A DNA stretch of 64,000 nucleotides, from positions 7,618 to 71,617 of the forward strand of contig CAZUJQ010000001.1 in the NCBI GenBank assembly GCA_964620805.1. Reading direction: 5' to 3'. Both the position numbers and the translations under genes were made by a program. Numbering within the stretch: position 1 is the first letter of the stretch; each line of letters opens with the position of its first letter. The notes beneath the pieces are model-generated. The model was given only the letters and a program-made list of their open reading frames with translations. It was not told the DNA's origin and did no database searches. Origin of the DNA: an uncultured Planctomycetales bacterium. GTDB taxonomy: Bacteria; Omnitrophota; Gorgyraeia; Zapsychrales; JAHFFX01. This document shows, one piece after another, positions 36,331 through 45,132 of the stretch.

Positions 36331-38094
36331 ATGGCCGCACACTCCAATCACCAAAGCCACGAATCGCACGGCCCCAGTTTGAGTTTCTGGCGCAAATACA
36401 TTTTCGCCACCGACCATAAAATCATCGGACTCCAGTACGGCATCACGGCGCTTTTCTTTCTCTTGTTTGGATTCGGTCTGATGATGCTGATGCGCTGGCA
36501 GCTCGCCTATCCGGGCCAACCCCTGCCGGCGATTGGAAGATTTTTTTCCCCCAACGATCCGAATTTGCCAGGGGGCGTCATGATGCCGGATTTCTACAAC
36601 CAGCTGGGTGCTATGCACGGGACGATCATGGTCTTTATGGGGATTGTGCCCTTGGCCGTGGGGGCTTTTGGAAATTACATCGTTCCTTTACAAATTGGCG
36701 CGCCGGATATGGCCTTTCCCAAGATCAACATGGCCAGTTACTGGGCGTATTTTCTGGGAGGAGTGATCATGCTGGGGAGCTTTTTCCTCCCTGGTGGGGC
36801 CGCAAGCTCGGGATGGACCTCCTATACCCCTTTAGCCGATATCGCCCCCCTAGGCCAGACCTTCTGGATTATCGGGATGGTTTTTCTTATTACGTCTTCG
36901 CTTTTGGGCGCGGTTAATTTTATCACAACGATCTTTCAGCTTAGAGCAGAGGGTTTGAGCTTCATGCGACTGCCATTTTTTGTATGGGCTCAGCTGGTGA
37001 CGGCTTTTCTGCTGCTTTTGGCTTTCCCGCCTTTGGAAGCCGCTGCCGTTATGCAGCTGATGGATCGTGTGGCGCACACGAGCTTCTTTTTGCCCAGCGG
37101 ATTGGTGGTGAGCGGCCAGCCGTTGGCGGTCAGCGGAGGAGGGAGCGTTCTTTTGTGGCAGCACCTTTTCTGGTTTTTGGCGCATCCGGAGGTGTATGTC
37201 TTGATTTTGCCAGCGATGGGGATTGTGAGTGAAATCATCGCCAACAACACACGCAGGCCCCTGGTCGGCTATGGGCCCATGGTCTACTCGGTTTTGGCCA
37301 TCGGTTTTCTGTCGTTTGTGGTCTGGGCGCATCACATGTTTTTAACCGGCATGGGAACAACGATGAGCGCCTTCTTCCAGGCAACTACCATGATCATTTC
37401 GATTCCTTCGGTCATCATCTTGACCTCGCTCTTCCTTTCGTTGTGGGGGGGATCCATCCGTTTTACAATCCCGATGCTCTTCGCGTTGGCCTTTCTTCCG
37501 ATGTTCGGGATCGGGGGTTTGACCGGCCTGCCGCTGGGATTATCAGCAAGTGACATTCATCTTCATGATACGAATTATGTGATCGCCCATTTTCATTATA
37601 TCGTGGCGCCGGGGACGATCTTCGCGCTATTTGCCGGCATTTACCATTGGTTTCCCAAAATCACGGGGCGCACGATGAATCAATTTTTAGGGCACCTTCA
37701 TTTTTGGCCATCCTTAATTTGTATGAACTTAATCTTTATGCCGATGTTTATCCAGGGCTTGGCCGGTGTTTCTCGTCGGTTGTATGATGCGGGCGCCGAG
37801 TACGCCCACGCGCAGAGCACACTGGGACTTAATGTACTAATGTCTTATGGGGCCTGGATCCTGGCGATCTTTCAGCTTCCTTTTATCATCAATCTTATAT
37901 GGAGCCTTTTAAAAGGGAAAAAAGTCCTCAATGACAATCCCTGGGAAGCCACGACCTTAGAATGGGCGACGCCAACCCCGCCGCCGCACGGCAATTTTGC
38001 GAAAATGCCCCAAGTTTTCCGTGGGCCTTATGAGTACAGTGTGCCCGGTGCACCAAAGGATTTTACGCCGCAGTGTGAAGCGATGGTAACTTGA
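36331..38094 (+). CDS. ctaD: cytochrome c oxidase subunit I (A-type haem-copper oxidase)
   Basis: 587 aa with the canonical subunit I helix pattern and histidine ligands. Confidence 0.95.
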   Translation: MAAHSNHQSHESHGPSLSFWRKYIFATDHKIIGLQYGITALFFLLFGFGLMMLMRWQLAYPGQPLPAIGRFFSPNDPNLPGGVMMPDFYNQLGAMHGTIMVFMGIVPLAVGAFGNYIVPLQIGAPDMAFPKINMASYWAYFLGGVIMLGSFFLPGGAASSGWTSYTPLADIAPLGQTFWIIGMVFLITSSLLGAVNFITTIFQLRAEGLSFMRLPFFVWAQLVTAFLLLLAFPPLEAAAVMQLMDRVAHTSFFLPSGLVVSGQPLAVSGGGSVLLWQHLFWFLAHPEVYVLILPAMGIVSEIIANNTRRPLVGYGPMVYSVLAIGFLSFVVWAHHMFLTGMGTTMSAFFQATTMIISIPSVIILTSLFLSLWGGSIRFTIPMLFALAFLPMFGIGGLTGLPLGLSASDIHLHDTNYVIAHFHYIVAPGTIFALFAGIYHWFPKITGRTMNQFLGHLHFWPSLICMNLIFMPMFIQGLAGVSRRLYDAGAEYAHAQSTLGLNVLMSYGAWILAIFQLPFIINLIWSLLKGKKVLNDNPWEATTLEWATPTPPPHGNFAKMPQVFRGPYEYSVPGAPKDFTPQCEAMVT

Positions 38095-38099
38095 GTTTG

Positions 38100-38400
38100 G
38101 CAAATTTTAATCGACAAATTCCTCGTGAGCTTGCTCCGAGGTTACCACCCGAGGAAGAGTTTGAGAAACCTTGGGTTTCTCAAATCCAGGGTTCCACTAA
38201 GATACCTCGTCAGCTTGCTGCGAGGAGTTTCATTGGAATTCTGTCATTCTGAGGGAGCGAGAGCGACCGAAGAATCTCTGAAGCGATCCTTCGCCCCTGC
38301 CTGCCGCCCGCTTGGATGAGCAGGCTTTGGGCTTAGGATGACGATCGCTTCGCGCCCCGGCCCGCATGTCGCGAAGGCCGGGGCGCTCAGGATGACTTGT
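38100..38400. repeat. 300-bp intergenic repeat cluster: two copies of the hairpin CCTCGTNAGCTTGCTNCGAGG, the inverted repeat ttgagaaacc/ggtttctcaa, and a degenerate Family B core (gtcattctgagggagcgagagcgaccgaagaatc)
   Basis: Read directly from the sequence. Lies between coxA and coxC. Confidence 0.6.
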
Positions 38401-38412
38401 CGAATCTAAAAA

Positions 38413-39009
38413 ATGTCCGAAGCCATCCCCTATACGAGTCACGAACGGCCCGACACCGGCGTTTATAACGCCAAATTGGGCGTCTGGCTTTTTCTGGCCT
38501 CCGAAGTGATGCTGTTTGGCGCTTTATTTTCCTCCTACGTGCTTCTTCGGATCGGCGCGCCCAGCTGGCCGCAGGGGGCGAGTCTCCTCAATGTGCCTTT
38601 GGCCACATTCAATACCCTGGTTTTGATCACCTCTAGCGTCACCATGGTGATGGCCTGGGCGTCGTTGAAGATGGATAATTTTAAGAAGTTCCGTCTTTAT
38701 TTAGGATTGACGATTTTGCTGGCTTTGACTTTTTTGGTGGTCAAATACTTTGAGTATTCGGCGAAGTTTGAGCATCATCTTTTCCCTAAGACCAGTACCT
38801 TTCTCGCCATTTATTTTACGATGACCGGCTTGCACGCCCTGCACGTTTTTGGCGGGGTGGTGGTGAATACTTACAATTTGTGGCCTGGGACTCACATGTG
38901 GGAAGCTAACCCAGAGCGATTTACGAACCGTATCGAAGTTTCTGGGCTTTATTGGCATTTTGTGGATCTGGTCTGGATCTTTCTTTTTCCGGTTCTTTAT
39001 TTGCTTTAG
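38413..39009 (+). CDS. ctaE: cytochrome c oxidase subunit III
   Basis: 198 aa with the subunit III helix pattern (WLFLASEVMLFGALFSSY). Confidence 0.9.
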   Translation: MSEAIPYTSHERPDTGVYNAKLGVWLFLASEVMLFGALFSSYVLLRIGAPSWPQGASLLNVPLATFNTLVLITSSVTMVMAWASLKMDNFKKFRLYLGLTILLALTFLVVKYFEYSAKFEHHLFPKTSTFLAIYFTMTGLHALHVFGGVVVNTYNLWPGTHMWEANPERFTNRIEVSGLYWHFVDLVWIFLFPVLYLL

Positions 39010-39023
39010 AAGAGGCTAAAGCC

Positions 39024-39344
39024 ATGTCCGTCCTTACGCAAGAACACGACATTAAAAAGGAGATTAGAGGCTACATCCTGGTCTTCGTGGTCCTGGGGAT
39101 TTTGACGGTCATAACCGTTACCATAAGCCGCCTGCATCTTCCGGTTGCGCCAGCGATTGTCCTCGCCCTTTTTATTGCCACCATCAAAGGGACGCTGGTG
39201 GCGTGTTATTTCATGCATCTTATTTCCGAGCGAAAATTGATTTACGCCCTTTTGATTATGACGGTCATCTTTTTCTCTGGTCTTTTGGGGCTGACCATCT
39301 TAGGATATTACGATCATTTGGTCGGAATCTCTCGTGTCTCTTAA
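39024..39344 (+). CDS. cytochrome c oxidase subunit IV (prokaryotic CoxD/CtaF-like)
   Basis: About 106 aa with three transmembrane helices. RBS gaggctaaag upstream. The listed ORF start at 38952 is an upstream extension. Confidence 0.55.
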   Translation: MSVLTQEHDIKKEIRGYILVFVVLGILTVITVTISRLHLPVAPAIVLALFIATIKGTLVACYFMHLISERKLIYALLIMTVIFFSGLLGLTILGYYDHLVGISRVS

Positions 39345-39534
39345 AACCTTTCATATTATTTTTATCGTGTGCTCGATCCTCCTATCGTTCGGATACGGGG
39401 TATGGGCGTTTTTGTTTTACCAAGAGACGCAAGCCTCCCTTTATTTGGCCATGGGAGGGTTGTCGGTTGTCCTGGGTTTGGCGTTGATCGTCTATAGCAC
39501 AAGCATCATCAGGAAATTGTTTGCGAAATGTTAA
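39334..39534 (+). CDS. small membrane protein (66 aa)
   Basis: Two transmembrane helices. Lies within the cox operon. Confidence 0.35.
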   Translation: MSLKTFHIIFIVCSILLSFGYGVWAFLFYQETQASLYLAMGGLSVVLGLALIVYSTSIIRKLFAKC

Positions 39535-39779
39535 GAGGGATTTTGACAAGGTTTGGTATCGCGGTCTTCGCTGGGAGTCTTTTCCTTTCAGGAAAGACTG
39601 TCTATGGGTGCTCTGTTTGTTTTGTGCCGCAAGATTCGCCCTCTTCGCTGGCGGTGATTATGGGGGTGGTGACGTTGTTGGTCGTTCTCTTAGGGGTTTT
39701 ATGGTCTTTCACGGTGTTTTTTTTACGAGTGAGGAAGAGACAAACGGATATCAGAGAATCAGCAGACTGGGTCACATGA
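39528..39779 (+). CDS. small membrane protein (83 aa) with CSVC motif
   Basis: Two transmembrane helices. Its C-terminus and stop codon are encoded by the left arm of repeat B3. Confidence 0.3.
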   Translation: MLRGILTRFGIAVFAGSLFLSGKTVYGCSVCFVPQDSPSSLAVIMGVVTLLVVLLGVLWSFTVFFLRVRKRQTDIRESADWVT

Positions 39780-39908
39780 AACAATGGTGGAGTGAATTTG
39801 TCATTGCGAGGAACGAAGTGACGAAGCAATCCCATCAAAAGAGATTGCTTCGCCCCTACGGGGCTCGCAATGACACTAAAAAATCCCATGTGACCCAGTC
39901 TGCTGATT
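39758..39908. repeat. Family B element (copy B3) nested in a perfect 19-bp host palindrome cagcagactgggtcacatg / catgtgacccagtctgctg
   Basis: Read directly from the sequence. The spurious ORF 39521..39937 reads through it. Confidence 0.75.
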
Positions 39909-39952
39909 TCCTGATCACCGTTTTAAAATGTTATTGAATTAGGGAGTAAGTA

Positions 39953-40717
39953 ATGCCAGGTTTGCCCATTAATGCCTCGGCCCACGGCTACGAGATCGAT
40001 CGGCTGATTCTTCTTTTGCATCTTTTGATGCTGGTCCTCTTTGTGGGATGGGGGATCTTTTTTACGGTGACGGTCTTGCGGTTTCGCCGATCGCGCCATC
40101 CCAAGGCTGATTATCGCGGGATCAAGGGCCACTTGCCGGATGCCATTGAATGGGCGGTGGCGGCCATTGAGATTCTTTTATTGGCGGGGTTCTCGATCCC
40201 TTTCTGGGCCAGGCAGGTCAATGCCTTTCCCAACCGAAAAGATGCCTTGGAGATCCGGGTGGTGGCGGAACAATTTGCCTGGAATATCCATTATCCTGGT
40301 AAAGATGGGATCTTTGGAAAAACCAACATCGCTTTGATGGATAACCAATCCAATCCCTTGGGATTGGATTGGAACGATCCGCATGCCAAGGATGATTTCA
40401 CAACGATCAATAACTTGCATCTTCCCATTGGAAGACCGGCTGTAATCCATTTGACGTCTAAAGATGTCATGCATAGTTTTAGTTTACCGGTGATGCGCAT
40501 CAAACAGGATGTGATTCCGGGATTCAGTATTCCGACATGGTTTATTCCCACCAAAACCGGAAATTTTGAGATTGCCTGTGCCCAACTGTGTGGATTGAAT
40601 CATTATCGGATGAAGGGATTTTTGATCATTCATGGCCCTAAGGAATACGAGAAATGGGTTGAAGAGCAAGCAAGCCAAGAGGCCTCTTCCGGTGAGGGAG
40701 AGGATTTTTGGAATTGA
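39953..40717 (+). CDS. ctaC: cytochrome c oxidase subunit II (CuA; no fused cytochrome c domain)
   Basis: CuA ligands H..CAQLCGLNHYRM. Two N-terminal transmembrane helices. 254 aa. Confidence 0.9.
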   Translation: MPGLPINASAHGYEIDRLILLLHLLMLVLFVGWGIFFTVTVLRFRRSRHPKADYRGIKGHLPDAIEWAVAAIEILLLAGFSIPFWARQVNAFPNRKDALEIRVVAEQFAWNIHYPGKDGIFGKTNIALMDNQSNPLGLDWNDPHAKDDFTTINNLHLPIGRPAVIHLTSKDVMHSFSLPVMRIKQDVIPGFSIPTWFIPTKTGNFEIACAQLCGLNHYRMKGFLIIHGPKEYEKWVEEQASQEASSGEGEDFWN

Positions 40718-40813
40718 GCCCTCGGGGAGTTATTTCCGCTAGAGGCGGATCAGCCTTTGGCTGAAGACTACCTTACCCGAGGGCTCATCCTGCCCGCCCC
40801 GGCAAGCCGGAAC

Positions 40814-40839
40814 GGCGGGTCGGGTTACCCGCCTTTTTT
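40814..40839 (+). terminator. rho-independent terminator after coxB
   Basis: ggcggg-tcgggtta-cccgcc followed by TTTTTT. Confidence 0.7.
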
Positions 40840-40848
40840 CAATCCATT

Positions 40849-41859
40849 ATGATTTTTAGAAAACCCAATTCCTTCTTGAGCTTTTTTTCAAAACTCGTCT
40901 GTTTTTCCACGCTCTTTTTGATTTTTGTTGGTGGGCTGGTCACCAGCACGGGTTCCGGTTTAGCGGTTCCGGATTGGCCCTTGTCGTACGGTAGCCTATT
41001 CCCTCCCATGGTGGGAGGAGTCTTTTATGAACATGGGCACCGCATGGTGGCGGCCACGGTTGGTTTTTTTATGCTGATTTTAACAGTGGCGCTTACGCGA
41101 TGGGAGAAACGTCGGTGGGTCCGCGTCTTGGGATGGGCTGCCTTCGGCGTGGTCGTTCTTCAAGGCCTTTTGGGCGGGATCACGGTCAAATTTTTTTTAC
41201 CGACACCAGTTTCCGTTTTTCACGGGGTCTTGGCCCAAACATTTTTTATCTTGACGATTATCATTGCCTACAGTCAGTCTGGCGAGCGTCTTGTCCGTGA
41301 AGATGAGGATTCCCGCGTCTCAGAGGTCTTAGAGCGTCCCGGGTATTTCTTTGTAGGAATACTGGGATTGACAATCCTAGTGTATGTCCAGCTCATCATT
41401 GCCGCTGTTATGCGCCACACGCACTCGGGACTGGCGATTCCGGATTTCCCGACCATGGGAGGACATCTTATTCCGCCTTTTAATGAGGCCATGCTGCACA
41501 CGATCAATGACTGGCGGTTTGATTGGGATCTGGAGGCCGCCCAGATGTGGCAGGTTAAAATCCATTTTTTGCACCGGCTGTTGGCAGGGATGATCGCTTG
41601 CTGTGTTTTGTATTTGACCTCGCAGGCGTTCAAATATTATTCCCAAGATGTTCGTATCCTTAGATCTGCCCTGATGCTCGATCTTCTGGTGATCACCCAA
41701 ATAGGACTGGGGATCACCACGGTTTTGAGTCGAAAGGCGCCATACATAACCAGCTTTCATGTGGTTTGCGGGGCGGTGGTCTTGGGAATGAGCATTTTGT
41801 CGGTATTGCGCGCTTCTCCTCTGAAATTTCGGCATTTTAGAGATCTCATCACAAAGTAA
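40849..41859 (+). CDS. ctaA: haem A synthase (COX15/CtaA)
   Basis: Eight-helix protein with conserved His pairs. Located in the cox cluster. Confidence 0.8.
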   Translation: MIFRKPNSFLSFFSKLVCFSTLFLIFVGGLVTSTGSGLAVPDWPLSYGSLFPPMVGGVFYEHGHRMVAATVGFFMLILTVALTRWEKRRWVRVLGWAAFGVVVLQGLLGGITVKFFLPTPVSVFHGVLAQTFFILTIIIAYSQSGERLVREDEDSRVSEVLERPGYFFVGILGLTILVYVQLIIAAVMRHTHSGLAIPDFPTMGGHLIPPFNEAMLHTINDWRFDWDLEAAQMWQVKIHFLHRLLAGMIACCVLYLTSQAFKYYSQDVRILRSALMLDLLVITQIGLGITTVLSRKAPYITSFHVVCGAVVLGMSILSVLRASPLKFRHFRDLITK

Positions 41860-41877
41860 GAGGATCTTTTTCTTATC

Positions 41878-42744
41878 ATGATCAATAAAACCTCTCTTTC
41901 GGCTTATATTGAATTGACCAAGCCCCGGATCCTGGCCTTGATTTTGGTCACGACCACCATCGGCTTTTTTTTAGGAGGCCAGGGAATCGTTTCTGTTGTC
42001 AAGCTGTTGGTGACACTCACCGGAGCGGCGTTGGTTTGTGCCGGGGCCTCCAGCCTGAATGAATACCTCGAACGAGAAGAAGACAGCCGAATGGAGCGGA
42101 CCAAAAATCGTCCGATTCCCCGGAGGATCATTTCGGCCAACGGGGCTTTGAATTATGGGATTCTTTTGGTTCTAGCCGGTGTCCTCACCTTGGGATACGG
42201 TGTGAATCTTTTAACCGCCTTCCTAGGGCTTTTAACCGCGTTTCTTTATGTCTTGGTGTATACACCGCTAAAGAAATTTAGTTGGCTGAATACCTCGATC
42301 GGAGCCATCCCCGGAGCGATTCCACCCATGGGAGGCTGGGCCGCGGCAACCGGCACACTGGACACCGGCGCCTGGATTTTATTTATGATCCTTTTTTTGT
42401 GGCAGCATCCCCATTTTTATGCGATTGCCTGGATGTGCAGGGAAGATTACCAAAAGGCGGGATTTAAGATGCTGCCAACCGTTGAGCCGGAGGGGAGGCG
42501 TACGTTTCGGCACATCCGGCTTTTTTCCCTTTTATTGATTTTCGTTTCCCTTCTTCCGAGCCTGATTGGGATGTCCGGCCCATTTTATTGTTATGGGGCC
42601 TTAGGCTTGGGAGTGGCGTTGTTTCTAGTGGGGAGGGGGTTTGCGTTTTCCAAAACCATAGAGGATGCCCGCAAGCTGCTTAAGGCCTCGGTCATTTATC
42701 TTCCGATTCTTTTATTCTTGATCATTTTGGATGTTTCGTTTTAA
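41878..42744 (+). CDS. ctaB: protohaem IX farnesyltransferase (haem O synthase)
   Basis: UbiA-family motifs NxxxDxxxD. Confidence 0.9.
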   Translation: MINKTSLSAYIELTKPRILALILVTTTIGFFLGGQGIVSVVKLLVTLTGAALVCAGASSLNEYLEREEDSRMERTKNRPIPRRIISANGALNYGILLVLAGVLTLGYGVNLLTAFLGLLTAFLYVLVYTPLKKFSWLNTSIGAIPGAIPPMGGWAAATGTLDTGAWILFMILFLWQHPHFYAIAWMCREDYQKAGFKMLPTVEPEGRRTFRHIRLFSLLLIFVSLLPSLIGMSGPFYCYGALGLGVALFLVGRGFAFSKTIEDARKLLKASVIYLPILLFLIILDVSF

Positions 42745-42769
42745 CTAAAAATTTCTTGGTTAAGCACCT

Positions 42770-43363
42770 ATGACATCAAGAAAGATCGTTTTTCTCGCCT
42801 TAATTTTAGCGACCATTTTGTCCGCAGGATTTTTTGTCTTTCTTTTCCAACGCGAGGCCCAAATCCGTCCCTTGCCGATTTTAGGAGGGGTCCAGGATTT
42901 TCTTTTGTACGACGCCCACGGACAAGAGGTCACCTTGGAAAGCTTGAAGGGAAAGATTTGGGTGGCGGATTTTATATTCACCACGTGCAGCGGCATTTGT
43001 CCTGTCATGACCGGTCATATGCTTAGCCTTCATCGTAGCTTCCTCTTGGATGATAACGTGCGCATGGTTTCCTTTTCCGTCAACCCCGAGCAGGATTCTC
43101 CGGAGGTTCTGGCCCAGTATGCCAAAAAGTATAAGGTGGATTTCCGCAAATGGCATTTTTTAACCGGCGACCCTCAGGTGATCCAAAAATTATCCCTCGA
43201 AAGCTTTAAAATAGGCTCTGTCAAGGAGCCAATCTTTCATAGCGACCGTTTTGTCCTGGTCGATTTTCAAGCCAGAATCCGCGGTTATTATGAAGGGACC
43301 TCAAAAAACAAGATTAATCTTCTGTTCCGAGACATCGCACGCCTTCTGAAAGAAAGAATCTAG
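42770..43363 (+). CDS. SCO1/SenC family copper chaperone
   Basis: CSGICP CxxxC motif within a thioredoxin fold. Transmembrane anchor present. Confidence 0.85.
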   Translation: MTSRKIVFLALILATILSAGFFVFLFQREAQIRPLPILGGVQDFLLYDAHGQEVTLESLKGKIWVADFIFTTCSGICPVMTGHMLSLHRSFLLDDNVRMVSFSVNPEQDSPEVLAQYAKKYKVDFRKWHFLTGDPQVIQKLSLESFKIGSVKEPIFHSDRFVLVDFQARIRGYYEGTSKNKINLLFRDIARLLKERI

Positions 43364-43365
43364 GG

Positions 43366-43779
43366 ATGAATATTCACATCCTGCCTTCCCTAAATGCCCT
43401 CCTCAACGGTTTTGCCTTCATCTTTTTATTTTTGGCCTGGCGGGCGATCAAACGCCAAAAACGCGATCTTCACCGGAATTTGATGATATGCGCCTTGATT
43501 TGCTCGGTCGTCTTTCTGATTTCCTATCTCACCTATCATGCGCTGATCGGCGTGACCCGTTATCCGGGACAAGGGCTTTTAAGGACCATTTATTTTCTCA
43601 TCTTGGGAACGCATACCCCTTTAGCCGTGCTTATTCTTCCCTTCATCGGCATGGCCCTCTGGTATGCTTTTAAAAACGATTTTACCAAGCATGTCCGGAT
43701 CACCAAATGGCTTTTGCCGGTCTGGATGTACGTCTCAGTGACCGGCGTTGTGATCTATGTGATGTTGTATGTGTTATAG
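43366..43779 (+). CDS. DUF420-like membrane protein
   Basis: 137 aa with four transmembrane helices. Lies at the end of the cox/cta gene cluster. Confidence 0.55.
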   Translation: MNIHILPSLNALLNGFAFIFLFLAWRAIKRQKRDLHRNLMICALICSVVFLISYLTYHALIGVTRYPGQGLLRTIYFLILGTHTPLAVLILPFIGMALWYAFKNDFTKHVRITKWLLPVWMYVSVTGVVIYVMLYVL

Positions 43780-43801
43780 GGATGAAAGGAATGATGAGGA
43801 G

Positions 43802-43924
43802 CTAAAAGACAAACATCAGGAAAGCGATTCCTAAAAATAAAACAAGGCCAGCCGCGATCGCCAAGACATAAATCATCAATTTGAAACCGTTCGCGCCGGT
43901 GTCGAATTTTAAAATGGTCTTCAT
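43802..43924 (-). CDS. tiny membrane ORF (40 aa, MKTILKFDTGANGFKLMIYVLAIAAGLVLFLGIAFLMFVF)
   Basis: My own translation of the - strand. Its ATG overlaps the stop of the upstream 53-aa ORF (ATGA). Confidence 0.25.
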   Translation of the reverse strand: MKTILKFDTGANGFKLMIYVLAIAAGLVLFLGIAFLMFVF

Positions 43925-44082
43925 GGCTTCAATAAGAACCTATGAATAATCCAGCCAAACACAAACATCAAGATTCCCGTCACTAACAGCTTATGACTCA
44001 TCAAATTTGGGAAGTTCCTTAAAAAACCTAAGGTGATGACGGTCAACCCTGTGGCTTGAGCGATTTTGGCCAGATAATACAT
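43921..44082 (-). CDS. small membrane ORF (53 aa, MYYLAKIAQATGLTVITLGFLRNFPNLMSHKLLVTGILMFVFGWIIHRFLLKP)
   Basis: My own translation. Begins 3 nt after the stop of the 158-aa membrane gene. Confidence 0.3.
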   Translation of the reverse strand: MYYLAKIAQATGLTVITLGFLRNFPNLMSHKLLVTGILMFVFGWIIHRFLLKP

Positions 44083-44085
44083 GTC

Positions 44086-44562
44086 TTATCGTTTTATGCC
44101 CGCCATCTCCAGCACCAGCTCTGTCGCCTCTTTGAACGAACGGTGCTGAATCAGCACCACCTTTAAGAAATGGAGGAGGCTTCCATAGAAAAGAAGGCCA
44201 TGGCTCCAAAGGGGAAGATGTCGGGTGTCCACGGCCCCTCCCGAGATAAAAAGCGCCATCATCAAGAGGATATTGAAGAGAATCGGCGGATACACGTTCC
44301 GTTTGATTTTCAGGGATCGTTGATTGTAATCCAGCGGGAGCTTTTTCTCCAGAACATATTCCTTGATGCTGACTCCGATCCCGACGAAATAAAAGATAAT
44401 CAGTGTTTCCGTGAAGAGATAAAAAATGATCGTCAGAATCGCGAAGGTGGCGTGGGTGGCCTTAAAGATCATAAAGCCACAATATCCCTGGAGGCCGCTT
44501 AGGATGAGCATACAAAAACTCACCAGCGTAAACACATAGCATAAGATCATGAAAAACCACAT
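44086..44562 (-). CDS. hypothetical membrane protein
   Basis: 158 aa with about five transmembrane helices. No recognisable motif. Confidence 0.45.
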   Translation of the reverse strand: MWFFMILCYVFTLVSFCMLILSGLQGYCGFMIFKATHATFAILTIIFYLFTETLIIFYFVGIGVSIKEYVLEKKLPLDYNQRSLKIKRNVYPPILFNILLMMALFISGGAVDTRHLPLWSHGLLFYGSLLHFLKVVLIQHRSFKEATELVLEMAGIKR

Positions 44563-44580
44563 GGGAGATCTTTACTTTTG

Positions 44581-44710
44581 AATAACCAATCACCAAGAAA
44601 CAATAACCAAATAAAATCCAAATTCCAATACTCAATCCCCAATATTTGGTCTTTGGTGATTGGAATATTGGTTATTGTTTGAGATTTGTATCTTGGTCAT
44701 TGGGTATTTC
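44581..44710. repeat. Family A CCAAT/ATTGG long palindrome (copy A3)
   Basis: Same architecture as A1 and A2. Confidence 0.7.
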
Positions 44711-44712
44711 TT

Positions 44713-45072
44713 TCATTTTGAATCAGCAACGGGTGGGACATAAGTCTCGGTAATCTTGATATTGAGGTCTTTTTCGACTTTTTCCGTGGGCTCCATCCGA
44801 ATAGCGTCCCAAGTCAAATTTGTGCAAACCCGGGCACAGATTTGGCAGCCAATGCATTCATTGTACCGGATTTGGACGGGGGGAATCGGGATATTGTATT
44901 TCTCTTGAGGGACGACCTCGATACAGTCAACAGGACAAAAAGGGACACAGACCTGGCAGCCCGTGCAATTGGCCTCATCAACCACGGCCATGAGTTTGGG
45001 CCGTTTTTTTTTGCGGCTGATTTTATCCGGGAGATCGGGAATTGTTTTATAGAAATCGGGAGTCGTAGCCAT
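44713..45072 (-). CDS. 2x[4Fe-4S] ferredoxin-like protein
   Basis: Two clusters: CTGCQVCVPFCP and CIGCQICARVC. Confidence 0.75.
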   Translation of the reverse strand: MATTPDFYKTIPDLPDKISRKKKRPKLMAVVDEANCTGCQVCVPFCPVDCIEVVPQEKYNIPIPPVQIRYNECIGCQICARVCTNLTWDAIRMEPTEKVEKDLNIKITETYVPPVADSK

Positions 45073-45132
45073 CAGACAATTTCTTCTTACTTAAAAGAGT
45101 GGAAGGAGGTTTGAGGATGGCGGGGTGTGGAT

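Noticed and set aside
39521-39937. 138-aa ORF spanning Family B copy B3
   Set aside because: It reads entirely through a repeat element and the flanking palindrome. No coding signal.
40720-40790. tRNA-like stem gccctcggg...cccgagggc after coxB
   Set aside because: No D-, anticodon- or T-arm pattern, no GTTC motif and no CCA end. It is more likely an mRNA 3' hairpin preceding the true terminator at 40814.
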